NCBI RefSeq assembly: GCF_009914755.1
Contig: NC_060925.1
Direction: 5' to 3' (one strand)
Length of the DNA stretch: 64,000 bases
Source: the human T2T-CHM13v2.0 reference genome, Homo sapiens
Below the pieces are notes generated by a model. That model was not told where the DNA came from, ran no database searches, and was given only the letters and a program-made list of their open reading frames with translations. This document shows, one piece after another, positions 1 to 14,184 of the stretch; the stretch's first letter is position 1; each line of letters starts with the position of its first letter. The translations under genes and the position numbers were made by a program.

Positions 1-254
1 TTCTAGTTGTTTTGAAATTACTCATAGTTTCTGAGACTCAAATTCTGTCAATTTTATTAATCATTCTCTTCAGTGAAGAGAATAACAAATGTCAACTATT
101 TTGACCTTCCAAATTTAAAGTACAAAGTCCTTTACCTCACAGGCAGCATGCAGGATTAGAATATAGTGTTTTTAGTCAGATATTCCAGTGTTCGCCGTGA
201 AAACATCTTTTTCAGAAATGGTAAAACTCATTGAGACTTTTCCGCCTGACAAAT

Positions 255-370
255 CTGGTTTGAATTCTGACTCTGCACATAAGAGACTTTGAGACTTTGG
301 CCAATTTAATAAACACGTCCAACCTTAGTGTTCTCATGTATAAAATAGGAGTAAGCATATTGACCCATAG
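255..370 (+). mobile_element. MIR SINE fragment
   Basis: Degenerate MIR core: ctggtttgaattctgactctgc...ccttagtgttctcatgtataaaatagga. Confidence 0.55.
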
Positions 371-409
371 AAGACTCTGGTGTTTTTCTTTTTGTTTGTT
401 TGTTTGTTT

Positions 410-610
410 TGCATAATATCCCTTCCCACCTTCTTTTTCTTCCTAAGGAAACTGACATTTTTCAGATACCTACCCCACATCTAAATAGCTATGTATGTAA
501 AATAAACCTCAGGAGACTCTCAGAGATAGGTCTAATTAAAACCCATTTCCTTTTCCAATGATTGTATTAGGAATAGACATATGTTCATATGTCCCAATTC
601 CTAAGACCCT
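410..610 (+). mobile_element. Old MaLR LTR fragment (MLT1J/K-like)
   Basis: ggtctaa...cccatttccttttccaatgattgtattaggaatagacatatg...cccaattc resembles recalled MLT1 consensus; highly diverged. Confidence 0.35.
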
Positions 611-1052
611 GTGGGCCTTGATAAATTTTATTCAACACTTTGCCGAAGAGTGTGATGATTGTCCTAAAAGCTTCATTGGGTAAGTAAGGGGATGGAGATC
701 GTTTGCCTAAATACCACCTAGCCTCGTTCTCCATTCTCCTCCTCCCAATTCAGTTTTTCATCTTATAAATACTAAGAACTAATGCTCCTTTTTAATATCA
801 ATGATTTTCTCAATTGCTTAGTTTATGATGACTTCATTAAGTGAAGGAAGCATATCTGATTTCAGTTTCTAGTGGCTCCGCCCACATGGAGTGAAGGGGA
901 AGGCTGTGAGTGGAATAAGTATTAGTAAGAATGGAGGGTTTGGTGAGAAGGTTATAGTTGGTTTTGTGTTTTCATAGATTTTATTGAAAATTTAGAAAAT
1001 AACTCCACAAGAATTATATTTTCCTCATTACTCCAACAAATTTTATATATGT

Positions 1053-1053
<1 letters not shown>

Positions 1054-1092
<39 letters not shown>
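1054..1092. repeat. (CA)n microsatellite
   Basis: About 19 uninterrupted CA units directly upstream of an Alu. Confidence 0.97.
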
Positions 1093-1093
<1 letters not shown>

Positions 1094-1365
1094 AGACATG
1101 GTGGCTCATGCCTGTGATCCCAGCACTTTGTGAGGCTGAGGTAAAGGATCCTTTGAGGCCAAGAGTTCAAGACCAGCATGGACAGCATAGTAAGACTGCA
1201 TCTTTAAAAAAAAATTAGCCAGATGTGTTGATACATGCCTGTATACCTCGCTACTCAGGAGGCTGAGGCAAGAGGATCTCCTGAGCTCAGTAGTTCAAGG
1301 CTGCAGTGAGCTATAATCCTATCACTGCTCTCCAACCTTGGTGACAGAGGGAGACCCTGTCTCAA
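1091..1365 (+). mobile_element. AluJ, dimeric, no poly-A tail left
   Basis: gtggctcatgcctgtgatcccagcactttg...A-rich linker...gttcaaggctgcagtgagctat...gagaccctgtctcaa; J-type diagnostic positions. Confidence 0.92.
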
Positions 1366-2123
1366 CGTATTTGTGTGTGCATATATGTGTTTGTGTATAT
1401 ATTATTTTGGCCCTGTATCCTACAAAATAATAACTGAATATTTTCTATGAAGGACACATCTATCTCCACTGTATTCTCATTAGAGCTCCCTCATATGGAT
1501 ACATAATGATTGAAACAATGGAAAAATCAGCTCTCTCTAGCTCCTAGGACTGTCCTCTGACCATGGGCCATGGTACCAAGGAATTCAGTTTGTCTCACCA
1601 CATTACAAAGTGATCACATTCTGTTCTTCATCTTAATCTTTGAAATTCTCTCTAAATGTACCCCTGTACAAATGTTCTGGGCAAACTGATGTTCTCATTA
1701 TCTTCCAAATACACTATCTGGTCTTTCCTAACCTGGCTCCTCCCTATAGCATATTGCCTCTTACTGTCCCCTCTATTCACCCCACATTTATGATAACTCT
1801 TCTTGGTAAAGCTGGTTGCTGAGTAGGATATCAACAAAATCTTGGAGGTAAAAATTTTGTCCCAAGCCCTGCTACCAAAGATCTGAAGTTATGTAGAGCT
1901 ATCACAGTGAAATAGGATAGGCCCACTGAGTGTTTGTTAGACAAGGTAAGCAAGGAATTCGTGGAAATAGAAAATTATGTAAAGGAAAAGAGTTGACTGG
2001 ACTGCAAACCAGGGTTCAGAACACAGGTATAATATTTCATGGGACTAGAACATTTTCTGGAAGTTAAGGCTGAAAAAGAAATGAAAGGAGAAAGCAAGAG
2101 TGAGAGTGAGACAGGAGAAAGAT

Positions 2124-2195
2124 GGAAGGAAGGAAGGAAGGAAGGAAGGAAGGAAGGAAGGAAGGAAGGAAATAAGGAAGGAAAGAAGGAAGGAA
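2124..2195 (+). repeat. (GGAA)n microsatellite
   Basis: (GGAA)12 ATAA (GGAA)2 AGAA (GGAA)2. Confidence 0.97.
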
Positions 2196-4370
2196 GTCAC
2201 CCTTAGGAAATAGGAAAAGTGTGTACGTACTGGGCATTGAGAAACAATGGCTGAGCATAAGAGTTGAGACTCTGAAACTCAATTTGTGGGCTTCCCTGCA
2301 GCCTGTGCAGAGATCTGAACCAGAAAGAGCATTGTCTCAGAGAGACAGGAATGTGAAGATCAAGGTTAAGTTTCAATTCTGGGGGACAAGAAGAAGCAGT
2401 AGAAAGAGAGGAATAATAAAACTTTAACTTTATATCTAACTGGCATTTAGAAACAACCAACCTCTTTTAGATCTGACAAAAATTTGGAGGTAATTTAAGA
2501 TAGCCTCAAGTATTTCAATTATGGGATGTAGGTGCTTCAATGATTACATTTAAAATAAATAAATAAATAAAATAAAGCTAGCCATGACCCAATGAGGTTG
2601 TGAAAATTAAATAGGGGAATGTCAAAACTACCTGTGTCCAAAATATATTATCAGAGCAAATATATATTCTATTTCAAAAAAAAAAAAACAAGGAATAGCA
2701 ATTCATAAAATGATTTCAACAAATTCTATAACCAATGAAATAAATTGCTTGCCAAGTGATAGATACAACTTTAGTAAAACTTGAAAGGAGTTTAGCATGT
2801 TGTGAAGACATGTATAAGTCATGTCACACTGCAGGGAAATGTAATTTTGGGAAAAAAGAAGCATATATAAATATTTTCGTGAAGTAATAGGCAGTGAAGA
2901 TTCCATCATTTCAGCAGAACTGATCTTTAATATTTGTAATGCTAGATGTTCAGGAACTTTTTAAAAACATATTTTTCCTCCTTCTGCATAATGAGAACTT
3001 AACAAGACAGTCTGCATCTGATCATCATAACATTACGGAAGCAGTTTCTCTTGAAATTTTTAGAACAAAAATCGTAGAGGTGAAATATTGTAAGTCATGG
3101 CAAGTGAGAAAACTGGTATGTACTAGAAAACAATGCCTCAGAGTACATGTATATTAAGGAGAAGCAGTCAACAGGTTGAAAACGGCCAAGATTTGTCTCC
3201 ATGGAAATCCAGCAGGCATTTTGATTATGTTTGGCTCTTCTACACCCATTATATTAAAAATTAAAAATAACCTATTTCAGGTCTATTTACGGTCTAATGA
3301 AAATACATTTTAAAACATGTATTTTTATTGTGGCATAATTTTTGCTCACTTCATAACACTTTTTTGCTAGATTGGGGTAAAAGTACCACCTTCAAAAATC
3401 TTTACGTTAAGATTATGCATGATAGATATTTCTACAATTGTGTGAGAAAATACGTTATAGCAGTTCTTATAAATGTGGAATTAATGGATTCCTCAAGATA
3501 TTTGTCACATTTTTCATGACAGTCAACTTTTTCTGGAAAAGTAAAACTAATGATGGAGGAAGTAAATTGGCATAAATTCAAAATTCATGGGCCCTTTCAA
3601 AAATACCAAAGTTTTGGTGAGTGGCTTCATCTCTAAATGACAGTAAGTGGACTGATAGTCACACGTGAATGTCTGAGTAGATTTTGCGTGCTCTAATGTG
3701 GACATTTTATGAAGAAGCTCATGACTTTGTGATCGTTTGTGCTATGGAGGAGGTTGGAGAATTTTCTGTATACATAAAGCATTTCTCCTTAACTAAGCTT
3801 CAACAAGTTCATTAACCAACATCAGTTGAACTGATTTTTGAGAAGTGAACCTCAGGGACTACCAACGGCTTGGAGTGAAGGCCTAGAGCTATGATCACGT
3901 TCTAGTCAGGGTATGAATCAGTGTGGAACCACAGCTGAAACATCACGCATTTTAATAGACCCATTGCGTGAGGATTTTATCTCAATAATAAATAAAATTA
4001 TTAATAGACGTGAGCTGTAGATATCCATGAGAAGCCAAATGGTTAGAAGGGCAACTATCAGTTACTCTTAGGATGCCCTTGCCCACCAAAAATGTGAGAG
4101 TGGGGTGAGGAAAGAGAAAAAGAGAGGAAGAAATAAAAGAAAAAGAGATTGGATCCACTAATATGGATCCACTAACCTAGAATTCAATCAGTGAAATTAT
4201 GTGATTAATGTCTTCAAGGTCACTTAAAAATAGTGTGTATTCACTTAGGATTTTCTAATGCTGAAAAATTATCTGTTATTTATTACCACATAATGCCTTG
4301 AAGATCTTAAGTACATTTTTATTGCCATTAAATAATTTGCCTAAAATTTGCCTCAACAAACAAAGGTAAG

Positions 4371-4734
4371 TGTATTAGTCTGTTCTCACCCTGCTATGAA
4401 GAAATAGCTGAGACTGGGTAATAAATAAAGAAAAGAGGTTTAATTGACTCACAATTCTGCAGGCCTGGGGAGGCCTCAGAAAGCTTACAATCATGGTGGA
4501 AGGCACCTCTTCACAGGGTGGCAGGAGAGAGAATGAGTGCCGGTAGGGGAAATGCCAGATGCTTGTAAAACCATCAGATCTTGTGAGAACTCACTCACTA
4601 TCACGACAACAGCATGTGGGAAATTGTCCCCATGGTTCAATTACCTCCCACCACATTCCTCCCATGACACTTGGGGATTATGGGGATTAAAATTCAAGAT
4701 GAGATTTGGGTGGGGACACAGCCAAACCATATCA
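4371..4734 (-). mobile_element. THE1D-like MaLR solo LTR
   Basis: Starts tgtattagtc, ends gccaaaccatatca (reverse of TGATATGGTTTGGC); 5-bp TSD gtaag/ggaag. Confidence 0.93.
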
Positions 4735-5821
4735 GGAAGCAACACCCTGTGCTTCTCAAAGTATCTGTATTTTTTCCTTTGAGCCATTGAGGGATGAAGG
4801 CTTTAAAAAGACAAAATAAAAATGAATGAACAGAAAAAGGATGGTGTTCTTGGATGTCTTAGCAGTGCCATAGTGCAATAAAGGTTTCTAAGCACTTACT
4901 CTCAAATAATTTATTGATATTGCCATGGTCTGTGTTATTTTGCAGTCCTCCATTGGCCTGCAGGCCGTATTTTAAGTAGCGCTAATTTGGAGAACGTTGT
5001 TTTGGCCAGGATTTTTCCTGTGGTGGAATTTTACTTATATAATCACAGAGCCAGTGCTGGAGACAACCTGCTATCATCTTGTAGCACATATTACTTAGAT
5101 TTCATATTAAGGTATTTGTTTTTGATCATTTGATTGGCATATCCAAATAGTATGGATCTGACATATTTAGGAGTGGAATGGTATTTGGGTAACTGTGTTA
5201 AGTGACAAAAAACAATTAAATGCCTTCTTTTATAGTTTAAATTTATGAACGTCTAATTTGTATGATAGTACATTGTGGCTTACAGTTTGGAAAGACCAAA
5301 TTTTAATTATAACCAGAAGGGAATCTGATTAAGAAAGGATGAATCTTGATAGACTCAGCAAGGATAATAAATAGTTGCTCATCCCATCTGCATTAATACA
5401 GAGTGTCCATAACAACACAACACTTCATCTGACAGTTTAAAATGAGCCTGTAAGGTTCTCACCCTGTCTAAAAGCTTGTAGCAATTTTATATTATCTCAA
5501 ATTTGCTGCATTTCTACACAAATGATACTCTAATTGCTGCATAAATTTACATTTTAAGTTTGACATTTACTCAAACAGCTTCTAAGCACTATTGATATTC
5601 AGGATGGTGTCTAAAGCACATCAAGACAAAATACTTCTTGAGACTCAGAATATTACCCATCCATTTACTTCTATAAATTTATTATCTCAAATAATTATTG
5701 AAATAGAGCTATTTAATCTTAGCTTCTCTTCTTGTATTTATTCATTCCTAATATAGATCAACATTATTAGGAGTCTATACTCTAAAAAAGTTAGTCAATT
5801 TAAGGTAACTAATTCAGTTGG

Positions 5822-5823
5822 TA

Positions 5824-5855
<32 letters not shown>
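5822..5855. repeat. (TA)n microsatellite
   Basis: Directly visible TA run with one phase shift. Confidence 0.95.
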
Positions 5856-6121
5856 TAGTCACTATTTTAAAAACTTAAACTGTCTAAGAGACATTGTAAA
5901 ATTTTGCATGTAGCTAAATGATAATTCAATTTATGAAAAATATCCCTAAGTATCAATCTCAGGGTAAATTCAAATTACAGGATAAAACAGCTTTAAGAGA
6001 AATACTGAATAACCTTAAGAATACATTTTTCTTCCCAAATTAATAGACTAATGTATTCTGAACACTCAATTCATAAAATACATTTTACCAAATTTTCATT
6101 CTTCTCAGTATCAATATAGTT

Positions 6122-6288
6122 ATAATATACATGTGTGCATGCATGTGCATGTAGATGTATGTCCTGTGTGTGTGTGTGTATACATATATATATATATATA
6201 CACACACACACATATAGGAAGGCAATGTAATATATATGTATGTCTATACATATGTGTGTGTGCCTGTGTGTGTCTGTGTGTGTGTGCA
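6122..6288. repeat. Compound TG/TA/CA low-complexity tract
   Basis: Alternating purine-pyrimidine blocks; source of the HT/VC-rich spurious ORFs. Confidence 0.9.
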
Positions 6289-7003
6289 TGGAATGTAGTC
6301 ATCCAAATAAACAAGTCTTTTTATCCTACTCTGTTTATTGTACTTTTGATAAGATCTATATAAAGTTATAGTGACATAGTTTATGTAAAAAGTCCACTTT
6401 GTTCTAAAGTCACTTATACTGATCTTTATTTTATGTTCCAACTGTATGTTTTCCTCCAAGTGTTTAAGGCACTGAATATATAATATTGTTACACATAATG
6501 TATGTGGCTACTGATATAATTAAAGGGTGAAGTAAAAGAAATTCTGATGATCAAATGTATTTCATTATTTTAATTACTATTCCTTTTATTAAAAATGTAA
6601 GATTTTACCCTTTACAGCCAGCCTCCTTAAAAGCAGTCTTTGCCTCCTGGCCAGTCCTAAACTTACTACATTGTGCCTTCAAACAATCCTAATAAAACTT
6701 CATTCACTAAGGTCACCATTGGTTCCAGTTCCTAACTCAAGTTTCACTTTTCAGTTCTTAATTTATTTTCATAGTTTGTGTTTCATTATATTTTCTATTT
6801 CTTTCTTAAAAGTCCTTTTCTACCTTTGCTTCTGAAACACTACTCTCTTTTTAAGTTTCTTTACTACTTAGTGTACTTTGAGGACACTCCTTGACTGATC
6901 TATCCTTCCAATGATGGTGGTCCAAAAGGTTTGATTCTTGATGTACTTTTCTTCTTACACACTCCCAGAAATATCATTTTCTTTCATGGCTTTAATTACC
7001 ATG

Positions 7004-7369
7004 TGATATGGTTTTGCTGTGTCCCCAGCCAAATCTCATCTTGAATTGTAGCTCCCATAACTCCCACATGTCATGGGAGGGACCCGGTGGGAGGTAATTG
7101 ATTCATGGGGGCGGGTTTTTCCCATGCTGTTCTCATGATAGTGAGTAAGTCTCATGAGATCTGATGGTTTCATGAAGGGAAGTTCCCCTTCACACACTCT
7201 CTCTTGCCTGCTGCCATGTAAGACATTACTTTGCTCCTCCTTCACCTTCCAGCATGATTGTGAGGCATCCCCAGCCATGTGGAACTGTGAATCCATTAAA
7301 CTTCTTTCCTTTATAAGTTACCCAGTCTCAGGTATGTCTTTATTAGCAGCATGAGCACAGTCTAATACA
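7004..7369 (+). mobile_element. THE1B/C MaLR solo LTR
   Basis: tgatatggttttgctgtgtcccc...ctaataca; 5-bp TSD ccatg/ccatc. Confidence 0.95.
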
Positions 7370-7399
7370 CCATCCATAAGTAGACAACTGATAATTTTT

Positions 7400-7700
7400 T
7401 TATTGGTAAGAAGAGACTAGGCTTTTCTTTAGTAATAACCAAGCCCATAATATCCCAATGGTTTAACTCAATAGATATTTCTCTTTCACAGAATAGCTGG
7501 GGTGTCAGCTGTCTTCGTGGTCACTCAAAAGAAGTAGTAAATTACATTGTCTCTTAAAGCATCTTTGTGGAAATAACATATATATCATTTTTTCTCACAT
7601 TTTATTGCTATGACTTTGCTTACAACAAGGGAGCAGGGGATTGTGATCCCGCATAAAAAAAGATGAGATATTTGTGAATAACTGTAATACTGTCACAACC
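7400..7700 (-). mobile_element. Possible old MLT1-family LTR fragment
   Basis: gactaggc...gtaataacc...aatggtttaactcaatagatatttctctttcaca resembles the reverse MLT1 3' end; interrupts the L2. Confidence 0.35.
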
Positions 7701-8429
7701 TTCAACTTCTCCCTCCAGCTCAGATTTTAAGACTTGCGTATTCCTTTGGTTATTGGAAACCTATACTTATACTCTTACATGAATTTGAAACACATCTAAA
7801 ACGAAACTCCTATCTTTTCACTTACGTTTGAACATCCTGTACCAATGAATTGCCTGTTTTAATAAATGACAGTGATTGGCTATCTAGATTCTTAAGTTTA
7901 AAACTTAGGAAACCACCCTTGACATTGCCTTTAGAGTGATCTATCTGAAATTAACTTCCTTGTACAGTCTTTTGCTAGACACATCTTACAAATAAAATAC
8001 AACTAAAAAGTCATTAGTATGGCACAAGGGCTCTTATTATCTGCTTTAGTTATCTGAGAAAACTTAAGACCCAGCACTCTGCAATTTGCAACTTTGGCTC
8101 TTGCTAAATTTAACTCTGGATTCTAATTTCTGAAAATTTCTCATGTAATTTTTTATTTGGTATGAAGATTTAGAAGGTGTTTCTTAGTCTCATCTTGAGT
8201 TGACTAATTCCTGGTAGCCCTTCCCCTGACTCAATCCATGCTATCTTCTGTGGCAAACCTTCTCTGACCCCACAACCTCCAGCCCAATGTAGTGCCCCCA
8301 CAGCAAACTCAGCTCATCTCCTCTCTCAAATTTGATTTACTTCTATTATTATTTGTTAATCTCAAATATTTACATCTACTATATACATGATTCTTACCCT
8401 TATGGAAAAATACGCAGATAACGCAGAAT

Positions 8430-9275
<846 letters not shown>

Positions 9276-12200
9276 AAAAAGACCCCCATATATTTAGCAC
9301 ATATCATATATGTGTTATCACCATTATGCAGTACATTGTAATATGCTAAAATTCCCTAGCATCTATGCACGTGGACTTCATGTGGATGTAATATTGGTTC
9401 CTCTGTAGTACAGCAAGTTTATCTATGGATAAAAGTCTCTTGATAAATACATGTTAATTGAGTTGTTAAAGAGAAAGACTGAAAAGAAGTGAAAAATTAT
9501 TGATATATCTTAAGAATATTTTTATAATATGGAAAAAACACAGACATTAATTATAAGTTAAAGATAATTTTGAAGAGCTAGCTGTTGGTTGAATATTCAG
9601 AAACAGAATTTCAAGGAAATCTTAAAATTTGCCTATCAAGTTGTTGTTGGATAACCTTAGAAGGTTTATATTTTTGCTCTGGGAAGAATTGTAAATAAGG
9701 TGAAACAGAGGCACAAGTATAAAGATAAAATGTATGGCAAGTTTACAATAGACTCACATGCCCCAGTGAATTTCTCTTGAACACATTTAGGAACTCAAGT
9801 TTGCAACCAGCTTTTGTCTCCTGTCATTTCTTTCTCTTTGCTTTTTTCTTCTCTTCTCTTTCCTCCTACTCCTTCCTCTTCTTGTTCTTCATCTTCTTAT
9901 TCTTCTTCAGTAGATTTACTAGTAGGCATTTCACTCAAAATATTTTAATTGGTATTTACATGAACTTAGAAGTGAAGTGCATCCTAGATTGAGGTAAAGT
10001 CAAAAGATCAGAATCAAAGAAAAATTACTTTTAAGAATTGGTGTGACATAAAACAAAATTTAAAGATTCGGCAGAATAATTCAGATTAACTAGAAAACAA
10101 TATCAGAATCTTCAGTAATGTGGATGCATGTAATTGAGAAAAATCATACAAGAAGTCTGATATATGCTACATGGAACAGATTGTATTCATGAATTATTAC
10201 ATCTTTGATAGTTACTGGCTAACACTAAAAATACTTGTTAAATTAAATTTGGAGATGAAAAGAAAGTCTGATCTGATTTGATTTTAATTGTAAAGAAAAT
10301 CTCAGTAACTTTACAAGTAAAAAGAAGCTATAGTTTCAGAGTTTGGTGTTTGAAAGGAAAATATTTGTAATATAAAGTCAAAGTTGTAAGACACAAAATA
10401 ACAGAAGTTTTGTACTGCAGCCTATAAATAAAAAAGCAATTAGGAATCAGTTTGCTTAATATAAAAGATTTAATGAAGTGAAGTGAAATAGACAGTACAG
10501 AAAGTAAATAAAAGAGAAAGGAGTCTTAAGGTGATGCACATAGATTTTGAACTCTCCAAGGGTGGATATCTGGATGTAGAAAGAGAATAAACAGTCAGTT
10601 GTTGAAAAGATTTAGATTTATTTTTTAAAATAAAAATTTCCCCTTTAATCTGATAAATAGTATTACTTAAATATTCTGCATTTTTAGGAAAAATGAAGAT
10701 ATATGGGTTTTCAATATGTGAAATATTTGTAACCATTTTGGACATAGCTAAAATTTTTCAAGAGCCAGATTATATAATTTCTTATTCAGTGATTTTCAAA
10801 TGAATTACCTGGCTTTATGTATATTGTGGTTTTATAAAATGAAATTGAATTACTTAATGTTTAAGGCATTCTTTATAGTCATATACATTTATTTATTTAT
10901 TGTGTTTAATTTCTAGGTGTTGTAGTAACATTAGCCTGTACCAAAAATCAGTCTTCAGTTAGAAAAAAGCCCTTATTTTGCTTATTCAGTTTATTTTTTA
11001 ATCTCTTTACTTAAAAAAATTGATTGTTAGCCTATACTATTACTTTTCCAGAGAGCAGGCCTCTATTGCAAAAAATCAACAAAAGTATTTAAACTGAAGC
11101 ATTTAAAAAGCCAGATGATGTATTTTTTTTAGAAGGCAAAAGATAAAGGGTTCAATTCATTACACAGTGCTTGTGCGCATAATTGGAATTACATACTTTT
11201 TCAGCATAAGAATTACCTTACCTATTGTGGGCTTCATTTCTTAATTAAAGGAAGAATTTAACACAACTCAAGTAATTATTATACTTTCTTAATATTTGTT
11301 TAATGAAAAAGTCACTTAAAAATCTAATTTATGGGGAGAGATACCTCTGTGGTTTGTTTGTATAAATGTTCACAGAGAATAAAGACTACTTAGAATACAT
11401 TCATTCTCTGGCTTTCTCTCTACAAAATAAATAATTCAGTAATTTGACTCTATTAACTTGAAATTTCACATAATTTGCTTAAGTACTAAACTAAATATTA
11501 TGTTTACATAGGAATAAATGTAATATTGAAAATAATATTTTATAATTTTCTCTACATGTAAAAATAAATCCTTACTTGTTAAGTAAAAGAGCACGTGAAC
11601 ACCATGCCACCTGTGAGCCCACCACCCACAGTTGACTGCTCCTGATATTTTCATGTTTTTTCTTCTAAACATTCATCTATGTATGTACAAACACACATAA
11701 TTAATATTGATTAGTTTTGTATTCTGCGTTCTCACTTAATAGTTTCTTACATAAACACTGATTATTTAACAATCTTTGGAAACATAGTTTTAAAGGCTAC
11801 AACATATTTCATTTTTATAGTTTTTACCATGACTTATTTAACTACATTTACATTGTGGATTATTTCACGTCTGTTGTTGTTGTTGTTTTCATGTTGTAAA
11901 CAGTCCTAATACAATAGCTTTATATATAAAGCCATTGACCTATATTAGACAAGACTCACTTTTTTGTTTCTGGCAAAAGCCAGAAACAAACCCTATTAGC
12001 TTAAATCAAAACAATACAAAACAAAACAGATTTGTTGAAAGGATATGACAGTTTGATAAGTCATCAAACAATTGTCCAGAATGGCAGGTTTGGCAAAAGG
12101 ACTTCAAAATCCTCATGGCAAAAACAAAAGCAAAAACCAACACCTTCATCTCTCTGGGATTTTTGCTTTGCACAGGTTGCATATTGGCTTTCCTTTTTCT

Positions 12201-12397
12201 CTCCTTCCTCTGCTTCTCTTGAATAAATGGAATACAGGTGGTACAGCTTCTGTTTTCTTCATATCTTTAATCGCTGATAAGAAGCTCACACAAACTTCTC
12301 TTACTTTGTCTCTAGACACAAAAATCCAGCAAGGATGCTCTTTGGCTCTGGGTCTGATGCTCATTGCTGAACTTTACATACTTGCCAGGAGGGCAGG

Positions 12398-12921
12398 TGG
12401 AATCGTCAATTCTATGTGTCAACCTGACTGGGCTACGGGATGACCAGATAGTTGATAAAACATGATTTATGGATGTGTCCATGAAGGTGTTTCTAGAAGA
12501 GATTAGCATTTGAATCAGTAGACTGAACAAAGAAGACCCACTCTCACCAATGTGAGTGGGCAACATCCAATTTTTGAGGGCCTGAATAGAATAAAAGGCA
12601 GCAGAAGGGCTAATTTGCTCTCTGCTTGAGCTGGGACATTTGTCTTCTGCCCCTGAAACACTGGAAACTGTACATTAATGCTCCTTGTTCTCATGCCTTC
12701 AGACTCAGACAGGGACTTACACCATCAGCTCCTTCGTTCTCAGACCTTTGGGTTAGACTGGAGCTACACTAGTAGCTTCCTGGTTCTCCAGTTTGTAGAT
12801 GACAGATTCTGGGACTTAGTCTCTATAATCACATCAGCCAATGTTTTATAATAAATCTCTTTCTATATATCGATATATATTGTATTGGTTCTGTTTCTCT
12901 GGAAAACCCTGACTGGTATTG
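12398..12921 (+). mobile_element. MLT2 (ERVL) solo LTR
   Basis: atgtgtcaacctgactgggc...gagattagcatttgaatcagtagactga...aataaatctc...ttggttctgtttctctggaaaaccctgact. Confidence 0.9.
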
Positions 12922-13409
12922 CAAAGCACTGTGAATAACCCAGCTTAATCTAGGTGCCCACTCAGGGATAAAGGCTACATTATAGAAGCTTTTCTCTTGC
13001 TTAAGCTAAGTGTATAAAGGAGGCATAGGCAATTTTGAAGGGCCCTGTGACAGGCAAGTCACACCAGAACAGGAATCACCATCATTCTGCTTCCTGGAAG
13101 TCAGATCTTTCCTAAGATGGGAGTTGTGAAAATTTGGATATTATCAATATTAAATTTGGATGGTCTACTTGATTGGTTGGAGAAAGAGGAGTGCAAGTGA
13201 GATCTCTTTACTGTTTAAACAAACTTAGGCTTTCCGATGAGCCCAGAGATGAAGTCTAAACCTTGATACATTACCAAGAAGTCATGAGCAGGGTCCGTTA
13301 AGTACAGTTGAAAACATGCAGCTGCATTAAAATCCTGTTAAAATGAATGGCAGAGTAAATGGGAAAGACACAGGTCTTCACATGGCCTCGTGAAATACAT
13401 ACAGAATGA

Positions 13410-13777
<368 letters not shown>

Positions 13778-14036
13778 TGTGGCCTCTAGTTTTAATGAAA
13801 CCAAGTGTTCTCTAAACCAGAAACTCCTTTTCTTATTGTTTTAATAACACAGGACCTTGCAGCAAATTTTCCTCTTTGTACCCAACCAACCATCTAAAAT
13901 CTATATTTAACAGCTTGTCTGGGTTGAGGAAAGATGTGGCCTATCTGCTTTTGAAGTTATGGATACCTTCTTCACTTCTAGCCCTCTACATACTCTGGAA
14001 GTAGACGCAGACGCATCTTTAAAAAATCAACTTTTT

Positions 14037-14184
14037 GGCCGGGCACGGTGGCTCACACCTGTAATCCCAGCACTTTGGGAGGCTGAGGTGGGCAGATCAC
14101 GAGGTCAGAAGTTCGAGACCAGCCTGGCCAATATGGTGAAACCCCGTCTCTACTAAAAATACAAAAATTAGCGGGGTGTGGTGG
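14037..14184 (+). mobile_element. AluS (Sg-like) left arm and linker; right arm lost
   Basis: ggccgggcacggtggctcac...tactaaaaatacaaaaattagcggggtgtggtgg, then an abrupt switch to L1 3'UTR. Confidence 0.92.

Larger units (their letters stand above)
6690..8330 (+). mobile_element. L2 LINE relic, interrupted by THE1 and probably an MLT1 LTR
   Basis: Pyrimidine-rich L2 motifs (ctaaggtcacca..., catggctttaattaccat|ccataagtagac rejoined across the THE1, aaacttaggaaaccacccttgac, aaaccttctctgacccc). Confidence 0.65.

Noticed and set aside
4150-4175. 12-nt direct repeat tggatccactaa, and ctttgaagtagg at ~57612-57637
   Set aside because: Ordinary small slippage duplications with two copies only; not an array.
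12040-12350. GATA (TGATAAG twice) and TTGGC half-sites as an enhancer
   Set aside because: Short motifs at background frequency in AT-rich DNA.
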